NCBI GenBank assembly: GCA_048128005.1
Contig: JBEUKZ010000108.1
Span: 62,001-126,000, forward strand
Length of the DNA: 64,000 nt
Direction: 5' to 3'
Source of the DNA: Veleropilina oligotropha
Taxonomy: Eukaryota
The notes beneath the pieces are model-generated. The model did not search any database, was not told the origin of the DNA, and saw only the letters and a list, made by a program, of their open reading frames with translations. The position numbers and the translations under genes were made by a program. Below are positions 1 through 13,800 of this stretch, piece after piece; within the stretch, counting starts at the first letter, position 1, and each line of letters starts with the position of its first letter.

Positions 1-737
1 TGATGTTCTGAATATAGTGTGAAAATTAAAAATTTCTACGTCTCGATATTCACGTTTGTTCGTCTGTTTTTGAGGCCATTTTTCAGATTTCAGTCAATAT
101 CTCAAAAACTGTTTGATAACATTTTTTCTAATTTGACATGAGCCTTCCTTATGATGTTCTGAATGTACTGTGATAAAAGAAAAAAAATCCACATCTCGGT
201 CTTATCGATATTCATGTTTGTTTTCAATATTTCAGATTTCAATCAATTTCTTAAAATCTGTCTAATAACTTCTTGTCTCATTTGGCATGGGCCTTTCTAA
301 TGATGATTTGATTGTACTTGCCTCCCCCCCCCAAAAAAAATCTCTACTGCTTGGTTATCCTGATATTCTCGTTTCTTTAGATTTCAGCCAATTCCTCAAT
401 AACTATTTGATAACTTTGTTTCTAATGAGCCTTCCTTATGATGTTCTGAATACACTCTTTGAAAATTTTACGTCTCTGTTGCCCTGATATTCACGTTTGT
501 TTGTTGTCAATACTTTAGATTTCAATCAATTTCGTAAAATCTGTCTGATAACTTTTTGTCTAATTTAGCATGGCCCTTCCTTTTGTTCTCTGCAGAAATT
601 TGTAAATTCTATATCTTGGTTATTCTAATATTCTCGTTTGTTGTCAATTTTTCAGATTTATTGACAATAGTGAAGTAATCAAGTTTAAATAAATACGGGT
701 CTTTAGTGGAGCTCTCTAGGCCGATAGGCCTATTGTT
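1..737. mobile_element. End of a non-autonomous element with internal ~130-bp degenerate tandem repeats (Helentron/HINE-like; truncated by window start)
   Basis: Recurring 'gagccttccttatgatgttctgaat' and 'tttcagatttcaatcaatttc' blocks; ends in a short palindrome taggccgataggccta followed by ttgtt. Confidence 0.45.
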
Positions 738-2663
738 ATTGTTTCTATTATTTTTAATCTTAATTTAAAGTAGATGGTCATGATTGTAAAGGTCTATCAA
801 AAGATTTAATCTTTTATGAACGATCAATTATATTCACCACATTAATAAGACCACTTCGCGAAAAATGCAATTTATGCTTTATCTCCCTTTTTCTTGATGA
901 TTGAATATGTTTGATCAGTGTGAACATTCACGTCTTGGAATATTGCATGTTGTGCTTTATTTTAATGTTTGACCATCCACAGAGTTAAGTAAATATGGAT
1001 GTTACTTTCTTGTTATTCTTAATACATTGTTAAATTTAACTTAAAACACAATAAAGGGTCTATATTTTTATACACCATCTTATACCTAACTCTTGCCTTT
1101 TTATATGTAAATTATCTTTGAAATAATGGTGGTTGCTGTTAGCATTATTAAAATGCAGTTAAGTTTATCAATTTTATCGTATTGCATGATTGATCATATG
1201 AAATTTAGTGAGTAATGTGTACAATTTATATAGTCAGTTCTCTTTTACGATTAATTTTGTTTTACAATTAGATATACAATTGTTTCTTGATAACATTTTA
1301 TGTTCAACTTAATTTCTCAACAATTCAAGTTGAACTTCTTTACTGTGAAATGAAACATTCTCTTTTTATTATTCTACATATTGATATTCTAGAATCCTAT
1401 CAACAATAATATTATTGTTGAATTTTTTTCAAATATGTTTTAGAAATTTTAATACAATTTGTGTATATCTAAATAATCTTTCAAGTTGTTTATATATATA
1501 CATGTATATCCTTGACTTATTTATAGCCGTTTCATACCAGTAATTTTCTGAAGTGCTGGTTATTTCGCTTATGCAGTAATTGAATAAAGGTGTAGCTTCT
1601 ATACTAGACTGCCGTTTCCTCACCTGTTATAGCTTGTTGATATCATTAATTCCAACAGGAAAACGTAATTTAACACCTGTTGTATAGTCTAAGTTTTGGT
1701 AATAAAACTAAAACTACACTTCTTGTATTTTAATATTAAGTATAAGCGATAAAATAAGAGCGGATCATCTTTGATGTCCATCAGATATCCGATTTCCTTC
1801 CTCTGTATCAGTAAGTAAGCAGCAGACAGCACCAGACATTATTCCCTTCAAGGTCACGTGGACTATTTGACTATTATAGTCCGGGTTTCTTGGTTAAACC
1901 AGCTGAAAATTTTGTGGCATGCTCCTGCAGCAGTAGTCAGCTATGCTCTGGCCGGTGAGGGCATATTTTTCAAGCGGCAGGGCTTTCTTTCCCAGATAAA
2001 AGGAAAATGTCTCTCTATGACATAACCAAACATGTTAGTATCAGAACAGACAACCAATGAAAGATGGTGCAAAATATTTGTGTTGACTGTTCTATCTGAA
2101 CACTTCGGAAAGTAGATATTTGTACGTCACATTCACATGACCGAGTTTATTCTGGATATGTCGTGTAAATCAGTTTTGAGAATACACACCATGGGGCGGT
2201 TTATTTGAGCAATGGTTAACTCTGCACGCTTGTCAGACTAAAATGATTGACAATTGGTTTGACAACTTGCCAATGGAAGAGTCGATTTTTCATATCGCGT
2301 CACGAGTGCGTTATGATGGGCAATTGAAAGTTTTAAGGGGTGAAAGCTTGCAATTTACAATAGATGTCCACAGTGTGTATCTATACTATAATCGTGGAGA
2401 GTTTGTCTCCTATAGGCTCCCAAACGGCTGGACCGATCTCCACCAAATTTGGCATGTCAACTAAGCGTACCAAGGCGGTGGTTATGGCGCTTTCAAATTT
2501 TTTTTTTGGGGGGGGGATTTTCATATTTTCATAGTTACCACTCGGTGGAGATCTTTCGTGGAATGTTAGAGGCGTTCAAGATAAGAAATTAGGTTATTGA
2601 TGAGGTGGGGAGACTCACCCGTCAAAGACGGGTACCCTCAGGCTTAGCAGGCTATAAGTAATG

Positions 2664-2830
2664 ATTATAGTACGAGGCAGTGTTCTGTGTTTGAAATATC
2701 CTAGCAGTGTTCGGTGATTGGTTTCATGTCAATCAACGAGGCCGCGAAGCGGGCGAGTTGATTGACATGAAACCAATCACCGAACACTGCTAGGATATTT
2801 CAAACACATAACACTGTAGAGTATTATAAT
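2664..2830. repeat. Long near-perfect inverted repeat (foldback), ~60-bp arms
   Basis: 2678-2737 is the reverse complement of 2757-2816 with one mismatch; the 19-nt spacer contains ccgc-gaa-gcgg. Confidence 0.9.
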
Positions 2831-3448
2831 TGACTTGGCGCAAACCCCGTTCACTGGCGAAAAACTCGTGCTGCAACGATTATTAGGCCAGTCTGCACAA
2901 TGACCGCTTTTGCTTCGGATAAGCCAGATTGTGTTAAATTGTCTAAGATGTTGGATGCGGACGATATCTTTCTGTGTCAGTATTTGGAGGAATTCACAAC
3001 AAACACGGACTCGACGTCGTGCAATAGTCAGGTTGGAAAATTTATTTTAAAAAAGTACTCTGTGTTTCTTTGTAAATATGAATGTCGCGTGTCACTATTT
3101 TAACTCCGCCCACTCACTTGCGACGAACAACAACACTCCTGCAGCTTATTTACATAATAAATTGCCGCTGTCTGTTCGGCACGTGTGGGCGGAGCTTTCT
3201 CATTTGAAAACCATGCTATAACAGATGTGTTATAGCACACCGATATTGGGTTTAAACGAACAGAAACAACAAAGGAAATTTGCGGTGGTGTGCGCCAACA
3301 GATAATACAGCTGCCACCCCTCGGCGATAAACGGAACAGCCTCGCTCTCACTGCTATGTGTATATATCGCTTGGGCTGACAAAGCATTATCTATTACTTA
3401 GTGACCACATTTTTTGGTCACATCTGTAGTCGGAAACTCTGTTTAACA

Positions 3449-4513
3449 CAGGGTTCATACACCTTGATCAAGGACTATTTCAAGACCGTAAAAAGAACTT
3501 ATAGAACCATATATTCATGGCTTATACACTTAAATGAGTTTATAGAAATTCATAAGACATAATTATATTCATGTTGATGATAACAATATTAAACGTCATC
3601 AATTTAAATAATACCATTTTTTTAAATAATTTGCAGATTCCTAACAATGTAAATATTTGATTTGAATCTGTTTAGTGTTCAAACTTCATTTAAAAAATTT
3701 TGAAATCTGAAAAGTAAGCAACGTGTAGCAGGGGTGGCGAAGACATTTTGAAAGTGGGGGAAGCTGAAATTTACGAAATATATTATCACTTGTCCACGTG
3801 GGGGCTAGGACCCCATGCGAAGGAAAATTTTGGACAATTAACGTTGCGAAACCCGTTCTCCTGCATTCTGACAGTGCAAACGCGATATTTTTTACCAACA
3901 TTTATGAATCATTTTCACAAAACCGTATTTAGTATTTTTCTTTTAGAAATTTGTGCCTCTTGTGCCAATAGATTTGCAGGTTTCAATTTTGCATTGATAA
4001 TTTTGGATGGCTTAGTTTCTATAGTACTCCATGAACACGGATAATCAGAATATTCGGCCACCACATGAACAAAATAATGTTGCTCAAGCGGGGTATAAAT
4101 GATGAAACTAACGTTACCCAATCATATTAAACAGCAGAGTCAGTTACAGATAATGTTGGATATGTAAATACCAAACTCTTATCACTTCCTAATATTTGTA
4201 GAAAACTTCCCCCAACTAGCAATGCTGTTAGCTAGCAGAAACATGATTACCCATTGCACTGATAACAACTTCTCACAGTCTGGATAATTGAAACCATCAT
4301 TAACTGGCCAGTAATGAATTTCATGTATACCAAGGTAACAAGCAACAAATATTTATTACTTATTGCGAAATGATGTGTTCAGTGAAAAAAAGACATTAGG
4401 ATTTTTAACATGAACCCATTTTCAAGAACTTTCCATACACATTCAAGCACTTTTACAGACTTTCAAGGCCCTTGATAAAATTAAAGCACTTTCAAGGATG
4501 CGTATGAACTCTG
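3449..4513. mobile_element. Putative non-autonomous DNA transposon (MITE, hAT-like ends)
   Basis: Imperfect TIRs cagggttcatacac / gcgtatgaactctg; ttaaca on both flanks; subterminal ttcaag repeats. Confidence 0.45.
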
Positions 4514-6648
4514 TTAACATCTCCTTCGAATGACGATAAACTATTTTTTAAGCCATCCTATTAGTTTTAAATGTTAGCATATGGCAATATTAGAAATCAT
4601 ACTCACAACCTACTGTTTCACTTAAGTTAACATATTTCGAACGCTCTACCAGTTGAACTAATGAGGATACTTTTTTTATTTGGTAAACATTTATATATAT
4701 GATTATGTACATAACATTATGCTATGTATCATATTATACTCTAGGCGGGATTGTAGATTAATGCAATAGGAGGATGGTCCTACAAACTCGTCCATAGCAG
4801 ATACATGTACTGTATATGAAAAGCTAGATTATAAGACAGATAAATGAGTGCAGGGTAGACACGACAAAAAGTTTCACTCATGGCGTGTTGGAATATATGT
4901 TGTTCTACAAAGAGTTAAATATACACACTTTTAAAAGCAACATCTTCGTATAGATGCTAATACTTTTTATTGAGCCTGCACTTTTCTGGCAGCCAAATAT
5001 TTTTGATTGGTAACAGTGCTAATAATATTGTGTTTTACTAAATAAAGACAATACATAACATAACATTAAAAATATACAAGTAAAGAATTCTACTGCAATA
5101 TAAAAAGAAATAAAAGATATTGAAAGACACGATACAGAAGTCTTAATATTAATTGGCAGACAGAGTTATAAAATTTCAATAAATTTCCATACAAATAAAA
5201 GTTATTGCAAGATTGGCATATACTTTTATATACATAAATACATACAAAATACAAGTGTGGAATGCGATTAAATTGAACAATGTGTAATTAATTACCAGCA
5301 GCTTGAAACAATGCCATATTGCCCAGGAAAAGAGATAATTCCATCACAAAATAAATACTAGTATATGATTGCAAAAATGCATGTGATATAGTTGCTTTGA
5401 ATTAAAGTTTAATGCTTCATTTATCGTCTATTCTGGTAAAATCGAGACGTTCATAATGTGGGAGAAGATAACCCCCCACGACTTGCAGGGTCGAGAATTT
5501 CATAGTTATTATAGTATTATCATAAGATAAGGAATATTTGGTGAAACTCACTGCATGAATTCCTCAGTTATGGACTATCGATCGTGACTATTAAAACCAA
5601 TATGCCCTCACCAGAATCAAACCATACTCTAGAAACCAGTTGCTAGAAGAATGATGGTATTGTGTGATACATTTTGTAGGGCCATTGCACAGTGTTATGA
5701 ATGTATATCAATCCAGTCATTCGTAGTGTCTCGGAAGAAAAGAAAATAAGTCGTAAAACAATATATAATATATAGTATACAAATATTTCACAATTACAAT
5801 GAAAGATGTGGAATGATTGTTGTTCTATTATATAAAAAATAAAATATCTCATACAGACAAAACATCGATAAAAAATGACATTGACAAATATATAATAATT
5901 TGTACATCGCATGATCTATAAACAGTTCTGAATAACTTCACTGTTTACTTTATCAACAATATCAGTACCCAAGGAATTTTCTTAACAAATTAAATCAAGG
6001 CACTTCCTACTTGCGAAGTTATATTCTTTGAGCAATTGTCATGTACATACCCTTTCATTACAGGATAAAAACCCTATACCGTTTCTTAACAGATAAAATC
6101 GACATCTCCGTAAACAGTCATGGCCATCTAAGGAATATTCTCACAATCATATTTTAAAATAATTTCCTTACGGGGATCACTCACCCATGAATCGCAATTT
6201 AATGCTCCATGCGTTGTGCAATTACTAATAAAGTTGGTACATCAGTAACATCTAGTTGAAACTACAAGCAACTCTAGCTAAATGCTAGGGAAGGTGAATT
6301 CATATAACAACTATCTGCACACTTGAAGGTAATCCCTATTTATTTCCGTACAAGCTTTGGTGTTGACGCGATCTATGCGTTCACTTTCAACTATCAATTG
6401 CCTGTGACAATCATGAAACAACATATCACACAGAGGCTTAAATAATTGCAATATGATTAAATTGGACATAAATTTCCACTCGTTAAGAAAGACAAAGCTC
6501 AACATCTTTTGCCATAAAACCCAGTGCCTCTTCACGATTGCATATGCAATAAATATTATGATTTCTTCATGATGTTAATTTCCATTTCCAGCAGATTGTC
6601 GTTCTCTTTCAAAACGTTTCTAAACAGCATAAAGTTGTAAAATTTCTT

Positions 6649-6818
6649 CTATGGGCAGCACGCGGTCCAGTCAGTGGTGGGGTACCCTTTATAGAAACCG
6701 TTGAATAAGACGGCAAACACTACGAAAAGCAAATACACGACTAGCGTCACCCATCCCAGGTTCCGTTCCCACTTCAGCTTGTTCACGTTCTTCATAATCG
6801 GAACGCCAAGCAACAAAC
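6649..6818 (-). CDS. RHBDL3-like: Rhomboid protease, last coding exon (GLLLGVPIMKN...FVVFAVLFNGFYKGYPTTDWTACCP*)
   Basis: Acceptor tttccag; phase 1 joins the AHIGGLAAG exon; C-terminal TM helix as in RHBDL-type rhomboids; TAG stop at 6649-6651. Confidence 0.88.
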
Positions 6819-7099
6819 CTGGAAATGGAAAATTACAGTTCAGATTCATCAAGCATGGGATAGTCTGTGAACATCATCTGCTTTGGCTGCTTGTGGACTA
6901 TCAAGGTAGACAATGTTGAAGTCCCTATTGTTGTGTTGCAATTACGCAGTATTTACAATTTATTATTGATATTACTTTCTCTTTATATATCTAATACTTG
7001 AAACCAACTCTCTCGCTGTCTCCGTCATGGTATGGGCTAAAAATAATATGAGCTAAGGTATGGGATAAAAATAACTCTGGCTATGGGAGATAACTCTAG

Positions 7100-9570
7100 T
7101 TAACACAAGAAGATACAGTCATTGATATCTCCTGCAACGATTACCATCATAAAATAGTGAATATCCAAAAAGAATAGCGAGATTAACATAAAGATAAAAG
7201 GCTCATCAGTAAGTTATGTCTAGCGAATTACAAGATATGCTCCCGAAAAGACAACAAACGAATTTACAACAAGGGCAATAACTCTGAATAATCGCAGCGC
7301 AACGTCGAAATTAGCAAAAGGCACCAGTTCACCAACTACTTAACATACCCAGTTTCGTAAAATTATGTCGAGAGGTGTATGAGATACACTCCGGAAAAGA
7401 TAATAATAAATAATTTAAGACAAGGGCATTAATTCTGTTAATAATCAATGCACCAGCTACTTAATTATTTTAATAATCCATTCACCAAGTTTCGAGTAGC
7501 TATGTCGAGCGGATTATGAGATATGCTATGGAAAAGATAACATTTACAACAAAGCTAATACAGTGGATTCCGCTTATTTGTATAGCGAGATTGTCGCGAT
7601 TATTTATGCGATTATCCGGATTATGCGATAAACCGTTTTAACCAAATCTGTAAATTACGGAAATTATTTTTCGCCGGAAATCATTGACGATGATTACTTG
7701 TAATTAAAATAGTTCTTTATTATAAATATGTTCTGGTAATAAATCTATTTGTAAATGTATTTTTCCTTCCATAAAATGATAAATACGGATTGTATACACA
7801 ATATTTTGTGGTTATTCTGACCTGAAGGTGATTAGCCTGTTTCAGTAGAATTGATATAGGTTTCGAAAGCGTATCGTCGCATTTCATACATTACTATAAT
7901 GTGGAAATTCAATTTCAGAACGTTTCTCTTCTGCTGAACACGTGTCGCGTTATTGGCCGCCATGTTGAAAATTAGTCTATGTGTTAATCTCGAATCGATT
8001 TTTTTTTATAGTTATTGAATTATTATTTCTGGCGAGATTTAATTATTACAGTATATTATGATTTGATATAAAAACATTATTGTCTTCATATAAAATTAAA
8101 ATAATAATTAAATCGCCACAGTTCGCAAGCGGCAACGACGAGGCTACGTATTCTCAAACTAAATCATGGGAGATAATACTTCTCATTTTGTAGGATCAGT
8201 CGTGTTAATTGTTACAAATGTTGTTGTTGTCTTAGAATTATGTAATTTATCGGCGATCTAAGTGCTGTTCGTGTGAATAGATGTAACGACACCGTTTACT
8301 TTGATTCATAAGCCTAATCTTCGATTTTGCGTTCAGATAAACTCAACAGCCTGTCATTTGGATTAGGGACAATAGATTTTTAATCCGTTTATCGTGTCAC
8401 GGTGTTCGCAACTTCAAAAATCAGACAAAGGCGATCGTTTATAGACCTAATTTAGCAAAACACAAATATCCCTTTTGATACCGACACAACGTTGGGCCTT
8501 GATCGATCGATAATTTCCCCGACTGACATCGCTCATTTCCGTAACATTTCTGCACTGAAACGATGTTTACCGAACTTTCAGTTCCGACTTTTTCCGGAAG
8601 TAAAATTATTTTGGAACTCACGAGGTTGCAGAAATGGCTCAAACTTCGAATGTTACTGTTGAATAAACATCTTTACGATGGCGTAGCAAGACATACTGGC
8701 AAATACGCAAGTATTTTGATCAATTTGGCGATTTTATTATCAATTATGTATTGTTTTGTCAATTATGCGCTCGAAAATGTTTTATGCAAATTAGCGAAAA
8801 TCAGTTAATTATGCATGCAATTAAGCGATTATTTGCATATGATAATAATAGTAATCTATTCTGTTCATGCAGATTTTATGCAAATATCCGAAATATGCAA
8901 TTAAGCGCTATGCAATTAAGTGGAATTCACTGTAACTCTGAATAATCGCCAAACATCGAAATTAGCAAAAGGCACCAGTTCACCAACTACTTAACATACA
9001 AGTTTCGCAAAGTTATGTCGAGCGGTGTATAAGATACGCTCAGGAAAAGATAACGAATTTATGACAAGGGCAGTAACTCTGTCATTAATAACTGCATAAC
9101 GTCAAAATTAGCAAAATGCACCAGCTCAGCTGCTATTTAATCCATTCACCAAGTTTCGTGAAACTATGTAGAGCAGCTTATGAAATATTGCTAGGGTAAA
9201 GATAACATTAACGATTTACAACAAGGGCAATAACTCTGAATAATTGCCGCAATTAGCAAAAGGCACCAGTTCACCAACTACTTAACATACCCAGCAAGTT
9301 TTGCTAAGTTATGTTTAGCGGTGTATGAGATGCGCTCCGGAAAAGACAACAACGAATTTAAGACAAGGGCAGTAACTCTGTTAATAATCGTTGCCCAATG
9401 TCGAAATTAGCAAAAGTTACCAGTTCCGCTGGTACTTAATCCATTCACTAAGTTTCGTGAAGTTATGTCAAGCGGATTACGAGATATCCTGTGGAAAAGA
9501 TCATTTGCACGGACGGACAGAACTCGTTTCTATATCCCCCGACAAATTCGTTGTTGCGGGGGATAATAAG
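7100..9570. mobile_element. Non-autonomous element with internal ~160-170-bp tandem repeats (Helentron/HINE- or Pearl-like), interrupted by a MITE
   Basis: Repeated 'acaagggcaataactctg...aaattagcaaaaggcaccagttcacc...agtttcg' units; ends acggacggacag...atcccccg...cgggggataataa (microsatellite plus terminal hairpin). Confidence 0.6.
7561..8932. mobile_element. Tc1/mariner-pogo-type MITE with TA target duplication
   Basis: TIRs cagtggattccgcttatttgtatagcg / cgctatgcaattaagtggaattcactg; TA on both sides; removing it restores the host repeat motif ...aata-actctgaataatcg. Confidence 0.8.
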
Positions 9571-9808
9571 CTTACTCTGCACATGGCGAAAATAAATAAT
9601 AATTGGAGATATTCGAGTCTGTTACAACATATTCACATCGATATTAACGACAAGATTCTCTAACAACCATGGCAAAAGTTTAACCAATAAACATACTTGT
9701 CAAGAGGAAAACTCAAAATATATCGATGCGAATAATTAAGTCACTGTGAATGGACTCTTTGGAAGCAACATTTATTGTAATAGCCCATGAAATTCCGATT
9801 GTTCATAC

Positions 9809-9904
9809 CTGCTGCAAGCCCACCGATGTGAGCTGATATTCCGACCTTCACCGCTTCGGTGCCCGCATAACGTCTGTAAATGGCCATACCTGTGTCCGCA
9901 GATG
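9809..9904 (-). CDS. RHBDL3-like: Rhomboid exon with catalytic His (SSADTGMAIYRRYAGTEAVKVGISAHIGGLAAG)
   Basis: Acceptor ttgcag, donor gtatga; 96 nt, phase 1-1; AHxGG motif of rhomboid TM6. Confidence 0.92.
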
Positions 9905-10760
9905 CTGCAATAACAAAAATATCTTAATGAATGCTTGAGATATTCATTTTCAATTATTATAGAGAATTTGATTTTTTTTCCCTTCACACATATATTATAT
10001 ACATAATATATATCTATGAAAAATTCTCCATATCAACTAAACATGTCCACATTATCATGCAGGTATGCATGGGACTGTTGGTCACAGAAACCCATCCGAT
10101 CTCGGCGCCACTGTGCTGGGGACTTCCAGTATTTTTAACCGGGATAAGAACCCACACCGCCCAATCAGTGCATCTTGTTTGAGTATCTCACACTAAAGTC
10201 TTATCATCGCACTACAGAAGTGGTCTCCTGAAAGAATGCACTAGTAATTTCCATCGATAAGATGGCCATAACATCACCACCAATTGTTTTTCTTTGAGTC
10301 CATTCTCTACCCTTTGGCATTTTATTCTTAATAATTGATGTAATTATGGCGCAAATATGACCATTTATCTTGCTTATGACGTTAATCCATCGTTCTGATA
10401 GGATGACATAAGTTACATAAATACCCTTGCACCCCTCTTGTTTGACGTTATTTTTGAAGACGAGTGGTAAAAGTAACTCGTCTCCATGGAGATCGAGGAG
10501 GTTCATCTCTTTCCGTAAAAGCAATTGAAGGGAACTAACTCTAATATTGTCGTCTGGTTCGTTAGATGTAAACAAATGCAAATGACTGCGCTCGTAAAAT
10601 GTGACCAACAACAAAGATAAGGTATTATAGTTTAATTAATATATAAGAAAGATAAATCCATTGTCGAATCTCCGTCTTTGTAGTAAACAGTAACTTGTAC
10701 ACCTTTGGAAGTGGTGTACAACGCACCGTAAACTACCGCGAAGTCTGTTATCCAACTTAC

Positions 10761-10854
10761 AAAATAATAGCAGCACCGCCAGGCGTACCGGAGCACTCAG
10801 CAATGCGCGACCAAATGAACCCTCACAGATCTTGTAGTTCATCTCCTTCCAATT
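10761..10854 (-). CDS. RHBDL3-like: Rhomboid exon (NWKEMNYKICEGSFGRALLSAPVRLAVLLLF)
   Basis: Acceptor tttag, donor gtaagt; 94 nt, phase 0-1; NWxxM motif that follows TM4. Confidence 0.9.
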
Positions 10855-13800
10855 CTAAAGAAAGAATTATTTCAATAAAACCACATGATATTTGATAAGA
10901 TCGAAATCTAAACCCAGAAATGAAAATTTCATTAATCAATCAAGAAACGACAGATATCATTCAATCATGATCAATTGCCTTGTTTAACATTTATCGTTAT
11001 ATTTAGAATAAACAGTTAAATCAACCGGAGTCTGCATATTATAAACCACGTCGCTAATAAATCCACGATGTCATATTGGTATAATTTCATGATCATAATA
11101 ACCGTCGTAATATCAGCCCCGACTTACCACAATAACCGATACAATATGAGCCCGACTTACCACAATAACCGAAGCAATATGGGCCCGACTTACTACAATA
11201 ACCGACGCAATATGGGCCCGACTTACCACAATAACCGACGCAATATGAGCTCGACTTACCACAATAACCGACGCAATATGGGCCCGACTTACTACAATAA
11301 CAGACGAAATATGAGCCCAACGTACCACAATAACCAACGCAATATGAGCCAGACTTACCACAATAACCGATGCAATATGAGCTTGACTTACCACAATAAC
11401 CGACACAATATGGGCCCGACTTACCACAATAACCGACGCAATATGAGCCCGACTTACCACAATAACCGACGCAATATGAGCCCGACTTACCACAATAACC
11501 GACGCAATATGGGCCCGACTTACCACAATAACCGACGCAATATGAGCCCGACTTACTACAATAACTGACGCAATATCGGCCAGACTTACCACAATAACCG
11601 ACGCAATACGAGCCCGACTTACCACAATAACCGACGCAATATGGGCCCGACTTACCACAATAACTGACGCAATATGAGCCCGACTTACCACAATAACCGA
11701 TGCAATATGGGCCCGACTTACCACAATAACTGATGCAATATGGGCCCGACTTACCACAATAACCAACGCAATATGAGCCCGACTTACTACAATAACAGAC
11801 GCAATATGGGCCCGACTTACCACAATAACCGACGCAATATGGGCCCGACTTACCACAATAACCGACGCAATGTGAGCCTGACTTACCACAATAACCGACG
11901 CAATGTGAGCCCGACTTACGACAAAAACCGATGCAATATGAGCCCGACTTACTACAATAACCGACGCAATGTGAGCCCGACTTACCACAATAACCGACGC
12001 AATGTGAGCCCGACTTACGACAAAAACCGATGCAATATGAGCCCGACTTACTACAATAACCGACGCAATATGAGCCCAACTTACCACAATAACAGACGCA
12101 ATATGGGCCCGACATACTACAATAACAGATGCAATGTGAGCCCGACTTACCACAATAACAGCCGCAATATGAGCCCGACTTACTACAATAACCGACGCAA
12201 TATGAGCCCAACTTACCACAATAACAGACGCAAGATGGGCCCGACTTATCACAATAACCGACGCAATGTGAGCCCGACTTACCACAATAACCGATGCAAT
12301 GTGAGCCCGACATACGACAAAAACCGATGCAATATGAGCCCGACTTACTACAATAAACGACGCAATGTGAGCCCGACTTACCACAATAACCGACGCAATG
12401 TGAGCCCAACTTACGACAAAAACCGATGCAATATGAGCCCGACTTACTACAATAACCGACGCAATATGGGCCCGACTTACGACAAAAAACGATGCAATAT
12501 GAGCCTGACTTACTACAATAACCGACGCAATGTGAGCCCGACCTACCACAATAACAGACGCAATATGTGCCCGACTTCCCACAATAACCGACGCAATATG
12601 AGCCCGACTTACCACAATAACAGACGCAATATGAGCCCAACTTACCACAATAACAGACGCAATATGAGCCCAACTTACCACAATAACCGATGCAATATGG
12701 GCCCGACTTACCACAATAACAGACGCATTATGAGCCCGACTTCCCACAATAACCGATGCAATATGAGCCCGACTTACCACAATAACAGACGCAATATGAG
12801 CCCAACTTACCACAATAACCGACACAATATGAGCCCGACTTACTACAATAACAGACGCAATATGAGCCCGACTTACTACAATAACAGATACAATATGAGC
12901 CAGACTTCCCACAATAACCGACGCAATATGAGCCCGACTTACCACAATAACAGACGCAATATGAGCCCAACTTACCACAATAACCGACGCAATATGAGCC
13001 TGACTTACCACAATAACCGACGCAATATGAGCCCGACTTACTACAATAACCGACGTAATATGAGCCCAACTTACCACAATAACCGACGCAATATGAGCCC
13101 GACTTACCACAATAACAGACGCAATATGAGCCTGACTTACCACAATAACCGATGCAATATGAGCCCAACTTACCACAATAACCGACGCAATATGAGCCTG
13201 ACTTACCACAATAACCGACGCAATATGAGCCCGACTTACTACAATAACCGACGTAATATGAGCCCAACTTACCATAATAACCGACGCAATATGAGCCCAA
13301 CTTACCACAATAACCGACGTAATATGGGCCCGACTTACCACAATAACCGATGCAATATGAGCCCGACTTACTACAATAACAGATGCAATATGAGCCCGAC
13401 TTACTACAATAACTGACGCAATATGGGCCTGACTTACTACAATAACAGATACAATATGAGCCAGACTTACCACAATAACCGACGCAATATGAGCCCGAAT
13501 TACCACAATAACCGACGCAATATGAGCCCGACTTACCACAATAACCGACGCAATATGGGCCCGACTTACGACAAAAACCGATGCAATACGAGCCCGACTT
13601 ACTACAATAACCGACGCAATGTGAGCCCGACCTACCACAATAACCGACGTAATATGGGCCCGACTTACCACAATAACCGACGTAATATGGGCCCGACTTA
13701 CCACAATAACCGATGCAATATGAGCCCGACTTACTACAATAACAGATGCAATATGAGCCCGACTTACTACAATAACCGACGCAATATGGGCCCGACTTAC

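Noticed and set aside
6649..6852. Cation-exchanger (NCKX-like) C-terminus
   Set aside because: Splices in frame to the AHIGG exon and fits the rhomboid C-terminal TM region; the ORF-track N-terminal part is intron
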